This document shows positions 1-9,389 of a DNA stretch of 64,000 bases, one piece after another. The notes under the pieces were generated by a model that ran no database searches, had not been told where the DNA came from, and worked only from the letters and a program-made list of their open reading frames with translations. A program made the translations under genes and the position numbers. Source of the DNA: a bacterium. GTDB lineage: Bacteria > Bacteroidota > Ignavibacteria > Kapaibacteriales > UBA7675. Within the stretch, counting starts at the first letter, position 1; every line of letters begins with the position of its first letter. The DNA is taken from NCBI GenBank assembly GCA_030430495.1, contig JAUIKM010000009.1:6250-70249 (forward strand), read 5' to 3'.

Positions 1-2017
1 CGTCGGCCGATACAAAGCAGGCGCCTTCATTAAACTCGTGCCCCTGCAGACCGTCATTGATATCAAAACTGCGAAAATGAGCACGCCGTTCACCGCCATC
101 GATCGCCTCATCATAGGTCAGCCGCGACAGCCCCTGATCGGCGCTGATCCAGTACGCGCCGGCAGAGTCGGCACAAATTGCGTACACGCGGTTGTTCACC
201 AGTCCATCCGCAACCGTAAATCGTTCAAATTGCGCCGAAACGCCGGCAACGCCGCCCGCATTGCGCAGACAGTTAACGCCGCCCCGATCAGTCCCGATCC
301 AGAGTGCCCCGGCGGCATCCACAAACATGTGGTTGATTGAGTTACTGCTCAAGCCGCGCGGATTATCCGGCTCCTGACGAAAGTTGACAAAGCGCTCGGT
401 TTCTGGCTGAAACAGGCTGACGCCGCCGTCGAGCGTGCCGACCCACAATCTTCCGGCGCTGTCGACGACCATCGCGGAAACAAAGTTGTTAACCAGTGAA
501 TTTTCATCGCCCGGCCGATTGAGAAATCGCCTGAACGTTTTGGACACCGGGTCAAACAGATTAAACCCTCCGCCGGAAGTACCGACCCAGAGCTTGCCGT
601 CAGCCCGTTCGATTACAGCGCGGACATCATTGTGGCTGATGCTCGTACTGTCGTCCGGCTTGTGTTTAAACTGCGAAAAATTATTGGTCGACGGGTCGAA
701 GATCATCAATCCTCCGCCGACGGAGCCCACCCACAGCTTGCCATCTTGGCGTGGACGTATCACGCGAATATCAGTATCATATGCGGAAAGATTTGAGTTT
801 TCAAACGAGACGCTGCCGCTGTAGGTCCACTCACCGCGTTGAAGTTTAAATCGGTTCAGACCGCTCCAGGCGCCGACCCACAGCGTCGTCTTGTCCGCCT
901 GCGCAATCGCGTGCACCTCATTGCGGTTAATACCTACCTGCCCCGTACCGCGCGCCCGGTAGTGCGCAAATTTCTGTTTAAGTTTATCGTATACATTCAG
1001 CCCGCCCCAGGTGCCCACCCACATGATGTCGGACGCTCCGCGGCAGATCGAACTGACGAGATCATCACTTAAACTCTGACGCTCCTCGGGGTCATTGTCA
1101 TACAGCCTGAACTCGGATGCTCCGCGATTGAGTATGGAAACGCCGCCGCCCCAGGTGCCAATCCACAAGCTGCCTTCAGCATCGTTTACAATGCTGCGAA
1201 TGTAGTCGTTCGACAGCGAGTTGGGCTTTTCCGGACGGTGGATAAAACGTCGCGAGTTTCCGTTGACGCGATCCAGCAGGAACACGCCGGCGCCCCAGGT
1301 CCCGACCCACAGCGAGTCGCCGACGGCATGGAGTGCGGAAATATCGTTAAGATGTGCAACGGCCTCCGCGCCTTCCATCAGTACGACCGGCTCAAAGGCG
1401 TCTGCATCCGCATTGTATCGCATCAGTCCATTTCCGCTGGTCCCCACCAGGATGTCGCCATCGACATCTTCGTACACCACCCAGACATTGTCTTCGCGTA
1501 CAACGGAATTGGAATCGGCCAACTGATAACGCGTAAACTCTTCTGTTAAACGATTCAGCCGGCACACGCCGCCGCCCCAGGTCCCGACCCACAAGTTGCC
1601 CTTGCGATCTTCACAAATTGTTCGCACGTCGTCGGAACTGATACTCGACGCGTTCCCGGCATTGTGGCGGTATGCGGTAAAACGCCCCGAACCCCGATTC
1701 AGTTTGTTTAAGCCGCCGCCCCAGGTGGCGATATACAGCACGCTGTCGCTCGTTTCATACACGGCCCACACCCGGCTGTTACTCAGGCTGGCGGGATCTT
1801 TGGGATCGTGATTAAACTCGCGAAATTCGTAGCCGTTGTACAGGTTTAATCCGTTGTTGGTCCCGATCCAGATGAACCTGCGGTTGTCCTGTACAATGCA
1901 GTTGATCTGGCTTTGGGAAATCCCCTGATCCCACGAAATTCTTTCGAACTTCACCTGGGCATGCAGCGACGCGGTCGCACATGTTAACACGGCGATTAAA
2001 CAGAGCGGCAATCTCAT
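1..2017 (-). CDS. Periplasmic sensor protein with at least 10 two-component-regulator-propeller repeats (PF07494-like). Partial: the 3' end runs off the window start.
   Basis: The ATG at 2017..2015 opens a minus-strand frame that I translated without stops down to position 1. The track does not list it because no stop falls inside the window. The translation starts MRLPLCLIAVLTCATASLHAQ (a signal peptide). It is followed by repeated W(V/I)GTWGGG(L/V) ... L(Y/F) ... D motifs: WIGTNNGL, YIATWGGGL, WVGTWGGGV, WVGTWGAGV, WIGTWGGGV, WVGTWGGL, WVGAWSGL, WVGSVGGGL, WVGTSGGG, WVGTLDGGV, WIGTDRGGV. These are the hallmark of sensor propeller repeats found in Bacteroidota hybrid two-component systems. 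Confidence 0.75.
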   Translation of the reverse strand, partial: MRLPLCLIAVLTCATASLHAQVKFERISWDQGISQSQINCIVQDNRRFIWIGTNNGLNLYNGYEFREFNHDPKDPASLSNSRVWAVYETSDSVLYIATWGGGLNKLNRGSGRFTAYRHNAGNASSISSDDVRTICEDRKGNLWVGTWGGGVCRLNRLTEEFTRYQLADSNSVVREDNVWVVYEDVDGDILVGTSGNGLMRYNADADAFEPVVLMEGAEAVAHLNDISALHAVGDSLWVGTWGAGVFLLDRVNGNSRRFIHRPEKPNSLSNDYIRSIVNDAEGSLWIGTWGGGVSILNRGASEFRLYDNDPEERQSLSDDLVSSICRGASDIMWVGTWGGLNVYDKLKQKFAHYRARGTGQVGINRNEVHAIAQADKTTLWVGAWSGLNRFKLQRGEWTYSGSVSFENSNLSAYDTDIRVIRPRQDGKLWVGSVGGGLMIFDPSTNNFSQFKHKPDDSTSISHNDVRAVIERADGKLWVGTSGGGFNLFDPVSKTFRRFLNRPGDENSLVNNFVSAMVVDSAGRLWVGTLDGGVSLFQPETERFVNFRQEPDNPRGLSSNSINHMFVDAAGALWIGTDRGGVNCLRNAGGVAGVSAQFERFTVADGLVNNRVYAICADSAGAYWISADQGLSRLTYDEAIDGGERRAHFRSFDINDGLQGHEFNEGACFVSAD

Positions 2018-2314
2018 CAAACGGCTGACCGCAATTGATCGCGGGGTCGGCATAATCCTGTTCCCTCTTGGTTCGGTGTAGCAGGCCGCGGAACGGCCGG
2101 TGGAAAATACGACAATCCCGATAGCCGCCCAACAGCCCGACACTCGGCAGGGCGGGACGATCCCCGGCGGACGCTCTTCCGGTCGCCTTGCTCTCTGAAA
2201 CCTCTGCCTGATTTTCTTGTTTGTCAGCGTGTTTGCCGTCTCGCGTCCACATCATGTCGACCGGCGCGAAGCGGCGAATGCCCCGGCAATTCCCGTTCAT
2301 CGCTCCTGAACCGC

Positions 2315-2557
2315 CGTTCAACCAGATTTTCCCCACCGCTCAGTTTTTTCGCCATGGATTTCAGGCCAACAGACCTTAGAATGGACAGAAAGCGGGCAGG
2401 CACGTGCATTCGGCCCGCCGATAAGCAGCTGAGCGCGACGGCGCCGAGCCGCTGAATCCGGGAACCCTGGCGGGGGCGAGCGGACGGAGAGCCTGTGCAC
2501 GGAAAATTTTCAGGCGTGGTGGTGGAGGGTAACGGGTGGGCCCAAAGATTCATCGCA
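2315..2557. repeat. Copy A of a 243-bp tandemly duplicated non-coding element (candidate structured RNA or regulatory module).
   Basis: Position-by-position alignment with 2761..3003 gives about 95% identity, with equal length and the same orientation. The track ORFs 2224..2553 and 2625..3233 merely read through the two copies. Internal GC-rich stems include GCGGGCAGGCACGUGCAUUCGGCCCGC and GGGUGGGCCC. Confidence 0.7.
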
Positions 2558-2760
2558 GGAGTGCGCCCAATTCATCAGCACATTGGCTGATTGCCGACTC
2601 GGATCACTTTTTACATGGTTCTGCCTAAATGAGAGCTTGCCTCAAAGCACACAACACTCTCCCGTGAACATGGCCGCAATCTGTGCCAAGGCCGCCCGAA
2701 TCGGGAGTAGTGCCGGCAGGTGAATCAATGCCGGTCGGCCGGTCATGACAATCCAACGAC

Positions 2761-3003
2761 CGTTCAACCAGGTTTTCCCCACCGCTCAGTTTTTTCGCCA
2801 TGGATTTCAGGCCAACAGACCGTAGTATGGACTGAAAGCGGGCAGGCACGTGCATTCGGCCCGCCGATAAGCAGCTGAGCGCGACGGCGCCGAGCGGCTG
2901 AATCCGGGAACCCTGGCGGGGACGAACGGACGGAGAGCCTGTGCACGGAAAATTTTCAGGCGTGGTGGTGGAGGGTAACGGGTGGGCCCAAAGATTCATC
3001 GCA
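2761..3003. repeat. Copy B of the 243-bp element, 203 bp downstream of copy A.
   Basis: See copy A. There are about a dozen substitutions and no indels. Both copies lie between the propeller sensor gene (minus strand) and the lipoprotein gene (plus strand). Confidence 0.7.
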
Positions 3004-3698
3004 AAAATGCGCTCAAATCTTAGTCTCAAGAACTTGAATACTGCTTCTCCTGGTTTCTGAAACCTGCACAGCCTCGGGATTTGCACAATTGGCGACCTCG
3101 AGTCCCATTCGCCTGGGCGCGCGCACCTTGGGCCGCGCCTCATTCCGCCCGCTGCATGCGACTCGGTTAGTCCGCAATTGTGAGACTCGAACCCATCTTC
3201 CATTCCTCTAACCGATCGCTGCACGACGAACAAAAATGGATTGCAAAAGGCGATGTGAGCAGCGCCTGGTCTGGTAGTGGAGAATACTTGAGGCCCGGGC
3301 GATTTTTTTCACGCCGACGAGTCTCAAATCGCAGCGGAATATTGTTAATAAAAGTGCGTTCTTCGGAACGTCGTAAAATTAGAGATGGACTTAAGCGCCT
3401 GCAACATATAATGTATCAATGACCGGTTTCGATCTATGCCTGACAAACATTAACTGATAGTCGCAACAATCAAATCTCCACACCGCCCGGCCGGGCCGGA
3501 CTTAAACAACCGCGCAGTAATCTCAATAGCCCGAACTACATCTATTCGCACTGCGGCTGCTGATTGTTTTACACCGCAACCATTCGTACTTTTGTCCGTT
3601 GGCGTTTCCAATGACCCGGCAGTCTTCCGGCAAACACCAATTGAAATTTGCGCCAGAGTTCCCGGCCTGTCGGCGTGTTAAAACGCGGAGGCAAACAC

Positions 3699-4412
3699 AT
3701 GCGCTCATTCAAGTACATCCTCGTGCTGCTCGCACTTGCGGCGGGTATGCAATCCTGTCATTTCAACTACCTTGAATCAAAAAACAGCGACCGCTACGGC
3801 ATCACGGCTTACGTCGATCCGGCCTACTATTCGCAGACCTTTGACGCGATCGCGGTGTACAGCGACAGCAGCGACTTACAATGGCGGCGCATCATCGAGA
3901 CCAAAACGCTGGAGACGCTGCACAAAAACGGCGTGCGTGCATTCTCCGGTTCGCGTTTGGTTCCGCCCACGCGACAATGGACGCGCACGGAAGGCGACAG
4001 CATCCTGCGGCTGGCGGGAGTGAACGCCGTCCTCCTATTCGACGTTGAAGTCGACTCGACAACCACGGAAGTATTTGTGCCCTTAACAACCAGCTCCAAA
4101 ACACGCGAGGAAAACAAACGCACCCAAAGCAGCGCCAGGCAGGATACCACCGGTGCCAAACCGCAACGCAACAGTGAAAAAGGTGTGCGTGAGGAGTGGA
4201 CCGTTGTCGAGAAAAAAGGCGGCTACATGAAAACAGAAGTGACGCGACACTACAACATTCGCGCGCGCCTTGTTGATGTTCGCAACGGCGCCGTGGCCTG
4301 GGTTGGACACTATTCGAGCAACAATGACAACTACCTGGACGACTTCACCTGGCGCGTGGCCAATCAGCTGATGATGGATGAGCTGGTGTTCAGAAGAGTC
4401 AGGCAGGATTAA
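3699..4412 (+). CDS. Hypothetical secreted protein or lipoprotein.
   Basis: GGAGG sits 8 nt upstream of the ATG at 3699. The N-terminus is MRSFKYILVLLALAAGMQSC, a signal peptide with a Cys at the cleavage region. The track ORF is 3648..4412. No recognisable catalytic motifs. Confidence 0.5.
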   Translation: MRSFKYILVLLALAAGMQSCHFNYLESKNSDRYGITAYVDPAYYSQTFDAIAVYSDSSDLQWRRIIETKTLETLHKNGVRAFSGSRLVPPTRQWTRTEGDSILRLAGVNAVLLFDVEVDSTTTEVFVPLTTSSKTREENKRTQSSARQDTTGAKPQRNSEKGVREEWTVVEKKGGYMKTEVTRHYNIRARLVDVRNGAVAWVGHYSSNNDNYLDDFTWRVANQLMMDELVFRRVRQD

Positions 4413-4735
4413 CAAAACGCCGAACTTAAACAACCATAATGGCGGAAGGCGGAGAATACAGCATCCCCGCCTCCCGCCCGAGTGAATCGGCGCACCGCTA
4501 CCGGCGCAGCGGCGCACCGCTCCGAACTATGTGCCGCCTGCTCCTGATTTCACCGCAATCCGTCACGCAACGTCGGAGAATCGTCCCGTGAATTGAATGA
4601 CCGGGAGATGAACAAACAGGCAACATGGTTACAATCGGGCGGGCGCATGCAGGCAAATACCGACCGCAACCGGGCGGACGAGATCCGTGCCGGCGGACAC
4701 ATACTGAGATCGGGCCAGGTTAAAACTCACGGCGG

Positions 4736-6073
4736 TTAACGAATTTCTCTGCGCAGTACGTCGACAAGCAACTGCAAGTCGGCTGTTGAAGTACAATACA
4801 TCGGCGCAATTCGAATGGCATTCAGCCCGTGCTCGCCGACAAAACGAAGGCGGATGCCGTCGCGCTCCGATAAAACGCGCAGTAAATCACGCGGATCGAT
4901 CGCATCGTTTAAAATCTGGAAAGTAACGATTGAAGCGCTGTCCGCCTCGGTCAGCGGTGTTAACAGTTTCAGGCCGGTTATCTGCAGGAGATTCTGTTTC
5001 AGGAATTCCGCCAGAAAGGCGCCGCGCCTGGCAATGTTTTCAAGGCCGATGGATTCCGCCAGATCTGCGGCGGCCGCCAGCGCTTCGAAAGCCGCACAGT
5101 TATACGTGCCGACCTCCACCGCACGCGCCTTGTTAAGCGGTGTAAAATCGGCTTCTTCCAATGAATAACTGGCGTCCGCGTACGCACCGGCCAGCGGCGT
5201 CGACCACACGTCCAGCAATTCACGGCGCACATACAGAATACCCGTCCCGGTGGGACCGTACAACCACTTGTGCCCCGAACTAGCGTAAAAATCACATCCG
5301 AGTTCGCGCAGGTTGACGTAGAACATTCCCGGCGGATGCGCTCCGTCAACAACACTTAAACAACCATGCGTGCGGCAGAGCGCGCTGATCGCTTTTATCG
5401 GCATGCGATAACCGGTTGTGCAGGTCACGTGCGAAACCATGACAAGCCGCGTTTGCGGCGTCAACAGCGCCTGCACGGCGTTCAGCGTCGCCTCCGCCGT
5501 ATCGCCCGGTTCAAACAGGCGGATGCGGCATCCGATGTCCTGCGCCCGTTTTATCCAGATCATGGCGCCGCCCGGATGTTCATGCGTGCTCATGATAATT
5601 TCATCGTCGGCCTTTAACGCCAGCCCGTTGGCAATCAGGTTCATGGCCGATGTTGTGCCGGCCGTAAACGCCAGTTCATCGTCGTCGCAGCCCAGGAACG
5701 TCGCCATTCGCCCGCGCGCCGTCTTCATTCGTTTGCGCTGCTCTTCCCCCGCTTCGGCAATCTCCAGTTCGGCGCGCTGCCTGGTCTGCAACGCCGGCCA
5801 GGACGCCGGCCCGAATCCGCCGCTGTTTAAGTAAATCCTGTCGTCGCGCAGCGGAAACAGACTGCGCAGCGACGTCCACGCCCGTTCGTCGGCGGCGTCG
5901 GACACCAGCTCCGTCAAAGGCTCGACGTCGGCCGCCGGTTCCGTCAGAATGCCGTCGGCGGACTGCTGTGCCGCCCCCTGCAATGCGCCCGTAAAACTGC
6001 CGAGGCCCAAAGCCACGGTCGCCGCGCCGCCCATTCGCAGAAAAGCGCGTCTCTCCTCCTGTCTGCTGCCCAT
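4736..6073 (-). CDS. Class V aminotransferase-fold PLP enzyme (cysteine desulfurase / SufS-IscS-like) with a twin-arginine (Tat) signal peptide.
   Basis: The SGHKWLYGPTGTGILYVRRELLD motif matches the PLP-lysine region of class V / SufS-type enzymes. The N-terminus from the internal start is MGSRQEERRAFLRMGGAATVALGLG, containing an RRxFL Tat motif. GGGAGG lies 6 nt upstream of that ATG at 6073. The track ORF extends to 6157. Confidence 0.7.
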   Translation of the reverse strand: MGSRQEERRAFLRMGGAATVALGLGSFTGALQGAAQQSADGILTEPAADVEPLTELVSDAADERAWTSLRSLFPLRDDRIYLNSGGFGPASWPALQTRQRAELEIAEAGEEQRKRMKTARGRMATFLGCDDDELAFTAGTTSAMNLIANGLALKADDEIIMSTHEHPGGAMIWIKRAQDIGCRIRLFEPGDTAEATLNAVQALLTPQTRLVMVSHVTCTTGYRMPIKAISALCRTHGCLSVVDGAHPPGMFYVNLRELGCDFYASSGHKWLYGPTGTGILYVRRELLDVWSTPLAGAYADASYSLEEADFTPLNKARAVEVGTYNCAAFEALAAAADLAESIGLENIARRGAFLAEFLKQNLLQITGLKLLTPLTEADSASIVTFQILNDAIDPRDLLRVLSERDGIRLRFVGEHGLNAIRIAPMYCTSTADLQLLVDVLRREIR

Positions 6074-6560
6074 AGTGTCCCTCCCCGGCGCACCGCTGCG
6101 CGCCCGTCCAAACTGAGTCCCGGAAAATTTGCGGGGCATTCCGCCCTCCGCGTACATCTACCCCGGCCTGTGGCAGTTGCGCCGTCATTCCGACGCTTAC
6201 ACCGCCCATCCACCCGATTGACTGTACACCGTGCCATATCGACGATCTCACGTGCGAAGTTCTCGCCGACACCGAATCGCGAGCCGCAGCCGATCCGCCT
6301 GCAAAAATAGTCCCTGCACCGCAATATCGCCCATTCGGCCTCTCTACCGCCGCACAACACGGCCGGATTTCCGGCGCATCCGTAAAAATAATTTGCAGGT
6401 CAACCTCGGTTCGCATAGATTTGCAGGCGTCAACCAAATGGTTAAACCCTTTGATTTACCCTTTTGGTTAGTCGCCGGGATTGAAACACGCAGTCCCCGG
6501 AACAGAAGTGCGGCTTCGCCGCATTTGTCCGAAGTCCATGAGCATAACAGAGGTCCGCCA

Positions 6561-7241
6561 ATGAACAGCAATAGGTCAAACGTGCCGCAGGGCGGTCGCG
6601 AGTCCTCCGATCTGCCCGCGCAGAGTCCGCAGGCGAACCGCGAGTCGGAAACCGAGCAGCGCATCCTCGACGCCGCGCGCCAGGTCTTCATCCTGAACGG
6701 ATTTTCCGGCGCGCGCATGCAGGCCATCGCCGACAAAGCCGGTATCAACAAAGCCATGCTGCACTACTACTACCGCAATAAACAGAAGCTGTTCGACGCG
6801 GTGTTTACCGAAGCGCTCGGCAAAATCCTGCACGTCGTTTTTGCCATCGTCGAATCCGACGCGCCGCTCGACGACAAGATTCCGCTCTTCTTCAACGAAT
6901 ACATCGGCATCCTGCAGCGGCATCCGCACATGCCCGCATTTGTCGTCAACGAAGTCAATCAGAACGGCAACTGGCTGCCGGAAATATTCAAAAAACACGG
7001 CGTCCACAAGCCGAAAAAACTCCTGCAGCAGTTTGCCGAGATCTACCAGCAGCCCGAACTTGATTGCCCGCGCCCCGAACATCTGATGGTCAACATGTTG
7101 GGCCTGGCGCTGTTTCCCTTCCTTGCCGCACCCCTGCTCAAACGCGTGCTGAATATGGACGACGCGGATTTTGCCGCGTTCCTGGAGGAACGCAAGACGC
7201 ATCTGCCCGCATTTTTCCAACAAGCCATCAAAACAACATGA
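6561..7241 (+). CDS. TetR/AcrR-family transcriptional regulator.
   Basis: The helix-turn-helix region RILDAARQVFILNGFSGARMQAIADKAGINKAMLHYYYRNKQKLF is typical of TetR. AGAGG precedes the ATG at 6561. The track ORF started at 6231 with a non-protein-like, R-rich extension. The stop overlaps the next gene's start (ATGA). Confidence 0.85.
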   Translation: MNSNRSNVPQGGRESSDLPAQSPQANRESETEQRILDAARQVFILNGFSGARMQAIADKAGINKAMLHYYYRNKQKLFDAVFTEALGKILHVVFAIVESDAPLDDKIPLFFNEYIGILQRHPHMPAFVVNEVNQNGNWLPEIFKKHGVHKPKKLLQQFAEIYQQPELDCPRPEHLMVNMLGLALFPFLAAPLLKRVLNMDDADFAAFLEERKTHLPAFFQQAIKTT

Positions 7242-8485
7242 AAACCTTCACCTGCCTGTGCCTGTTGCTGGCGGCCGGCGTTTTGCAGGCCCGCGATCTG
7301 AACATTCGCAGCGCCTGGAATCTGGCCGAACAGCATCACCCGCGCGCAGTCGAGTTTAACCTCTCGGACTCCGTCTACGCCCTCAAAGCGGAAAACATCG
7401 AAACCGTCTGGTTGCCGCTCCTGCTGCTCAATGCACGCGCCACATGGCAGTCGGAAACGGCCGAAATTGACGTTCCGCTGCCGGGAGTCGACATTCCCTC
7501 ACCGCCGCAGACCAATTACTCCATCGGCCTGCAACTGCGCCAGACACTGTACGACGGCGGACGCAGCAGCGCGCTCGGCGAGATCAACGCAGCCGAGGCC
7601 GAGGTTGAAGACCTGAAAATTGCCCAGGCGATTTATCGCATCCGCGCGGACGTCAACACCTGGTTTTTCCAGTGTTTAAGTCTGCAGGAAGATGCGGCCA
7701 TCCTGGATACACAGCTCGCACTGTTAAACGACAAACTGCGCGAGATGCGCGCGCGCCTGGCGCAGGGCGTCGTCACGCCCGATCTGATCGACCAGTTAAC
7801 CGCCGACGCCCTGCGCCTGCAGACGCGACGCATCGGCCTGCGCCATCAGCGCCGGATCGCCTTGCAACGGCTCTCGGTCTACCTGGGCCAAAACGTCGAC
7901 ACCAACACGCGTTTAAGTGCCGATCTGGCGGCCGACACCTTAAACAAACTGCGACCGGAGCAACGCCTCTTTGCCGCGCAGACGCAACGCCTGCGCGAGG
8001 CCGAAACCATCCTCGCCGCAAATCTCCGCCCGACGGTCGAGGTCTTCGGCGACGCGGCATTCGGACGGCCGGGCTACAACGTGTTTGCCGAAGACCCGCA
8101 CCTCTACGCCCTTTTCGGCATACAGCTGAATTGGAAGCTCCGGGACTGGGGACGCGCCGACCGCGAGCGCGGCGCCTTGCAGCTTCAGCAGGAAATGGTC
8201 GCCTCACAACGACTGGAGTTTGAGCGCGAACGCAGCCTGGCGATGCGCGATGTCCTGACAGGTATCGCGGCCGTCGACGAACAGATGGAACTCGACAAAA
8301 ACGTCGTTGAACTGCGGCGCAACATCACGACGCGGAGCGCTCGCAGACTGGACCAGGGAGTCGTCAACGCACACGACTATCTGGCCGATATCCGCGCTCT
8401 GGAAACCGCACAACTTGAGTTTAACCGTCGCCGCGTGGAACGCGAACGCCTGCTGGCGACGCTTCACTTTCTGGCAGGAGAATAA
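7238..8485 (+). CDS. TolC-family outer membrane efflux protein.
   Basis: Signal peptide MKTFTCLCLLLAAGVLQA. Coiled-coil and beta-barrel repeat organisation, with the typical two-repeat TolC/OEP architecture. Translationally coupled to the upstream TetR and the downstream HlyD. Confidence 0.8.
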   Translation: MKTFTCLCLLLAAGVLQARDLNIRSAWNLAEQHHPRAVEFNLSDSVYALKAENIETVWLPLLLLNARATWQSETAEIDVPLPGVDIPSPPQTNYSIGLQLRQTLYDGGRSSALGEINAAEAEVEDLKIAQAIYRIRADVNTWFFQCLSLQEDAAILDTQLALLNDKLREMRARLAQGVVTPDLIDQLTADALRLQTRRIGLRHQRRIALQRLSVYLGQNVDTNTRLSADLAADTLNKLRPEQRLFAAQTQRLREAETILAANLRPTVEVFGDAAFGRPGYNVFAEDPHLYALFGIQLNWKLRDWGRADRERGALQLQQEMVASQRLEFERERSLAMRDVLTGIAAVDEQMELDKNVVELRRNITTRSARRLDQGVVNAHDYLADIRALETAQLEFNRRRVERERLLATLHFLAGE

Positions 8486-8487
8486 TC

Positions 8488-9387
8488 GTGGTACGCAACA
8501 GTCTGGTATTTCTTCTGGCGGGAACACTTTTGTTAACCGCCGCGTGTGAAGACAACACGCGCACATCGGACGCATACGGCAACTTTGAAGCCGATGAAAT
8601 TCTTATCTCGGCCGAAACGCCCGGAAAAATTCTGCGCCTGAACGTGACGGAAGGTGAGATGCTGCAAGCCGGCGACACCGTGGCACAGATCGACACAAGC
8701 GATCTGCACCTGCAACGCCTGACGCTGGATGCGCAGCGCAATGCCGTCCGCGCGCGCTATCCGCAGTTAACGGCCCAGATCGACATCGTCAAAGCCGAGC
8801 GCGCCGTACTTGAACGCGATAAAACACGCCTGGAAGCGCTCGTGGCTGACAGCGCCGCCACACAGCAGGAGCTGGATGGAGTTAACGGCAGGCTCGACGT
8901 GCTCGAAGAACGCATCAGATCCATCCGGACGCAGCACGAACCGCTGCTCGCCGAGCTTGGCCTCATCGACGCCCAGGAGGCGCGGCTGGACGATATGTTT
9001 AACAAGTCGACCATCGTCAATCCCGTCGGCGGAACAGTATTGATTAAACACGCCGAGGAATACGAACTGGCATCGCCGGGACGGCCGCTCTATACGATCG
9101 CCGCGCTGGATGAACTCGACCTTCGGGTATTTGTCTCCGGTGCGGACCTGCCGAATGTTAAACTCGGTGAAAAAGCCGAGGTTATCGTCGACGACGGCAA
9201 TGGCTCCCTGCATACGCTGCCCGGCGTCGTAAGCTGGGTGAACGCCAAAGCCGAGTTCACGCCGACAACTGTGCAGACGCGCGAAGAACGCGTCAATCTG
9301 GTCTACGCGGTTAAGGTCCGCACGCCGAACGACGGCTCGCTGAAAATCGGCATGCCCGGCGAAGTCAACTTTGAAGCGGGACGTTAA
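8488..9387 (+). CDS. HlyD-family membrane fusion / periplasmic adaptor protein (YbhG-like).
   Basis: GTG start 2 nt after the TolC stop. Single N-terminal TM or signal segment. It has a biotinyl/lipoyl-like motif (ILISAETPGKILRLNVTEGEMLQAGDTVAQID), a coiled-coil region and a C-terminal beta-barrel (GMPGEVNFEAG). Confidence 0.8.
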   Translation: MVRNSLVFLLAGTLLLTAACEDNTRTSDAYGNFEADEILISAETPGKILRLNVTEGEMLQAGDTVAQIDTSDLHLQRLTLDAQRNAVRARYPQLTAQIDIVKAERAVLERDKTRLEALVADSAATQQELDGVNGRLDVLEERIRSIRTQHEPLLAELGLIDAQEARLDDMFNKSTIVNPVGGTVLIKHAEEYELASPGRPLYTIAALDELDLRVFVSGADLPNVKLGEKAEVIVDDGNGSLHTLPGVVSWVNAKAEFTPTTVQTREERVNLVYAVKVRTPNDGSLKIGMPGEVNFEAGR

Positions 9388-9389
9388 AT

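Noticed and set aside
2315-3003. Whether the 243-bp element is a cobalamin riboswitch, tmRNA, RNase P RNA or SRP RNA.
   Set aside because: I compared from memory against the consensus features of each. These were the B12 box GCCACUG / AGGGAA-GGUG-AAUCC, the tmRNA tRNA-like ends and tag ORF, the RNase P GGAAAGUCCGGGC and ACAGAACCCGGCUUA, and the SRP GGAAGCAGCCAAGG. None matched convincingly on either strand. The CUCCACCACCA stretch is not positioned like a tmRNA 3' end.
3150-3210. GAGACTCGAACCC, the reverse complement of a GGGUUCGAGUCUC T-loop-like sequence, suggesting a minus-strand tRNA.
   Set aside because: The flanking bases cannot form a T-stem (AUGGG against CUCAC), or an acceptor stem with CCA. 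It is probably a chance match or a degraded fragment.
2224-3233. Track ORFs 2224..2553 and 2625..3233 (minus), with near-identical 100-aa segments.
   Set aside because: They are read-throughs of the two 243-bp repeat copies. The composition is non-protein-like (P/R/S/G-rich), with no RBS or start context. They are called as repeats instead.
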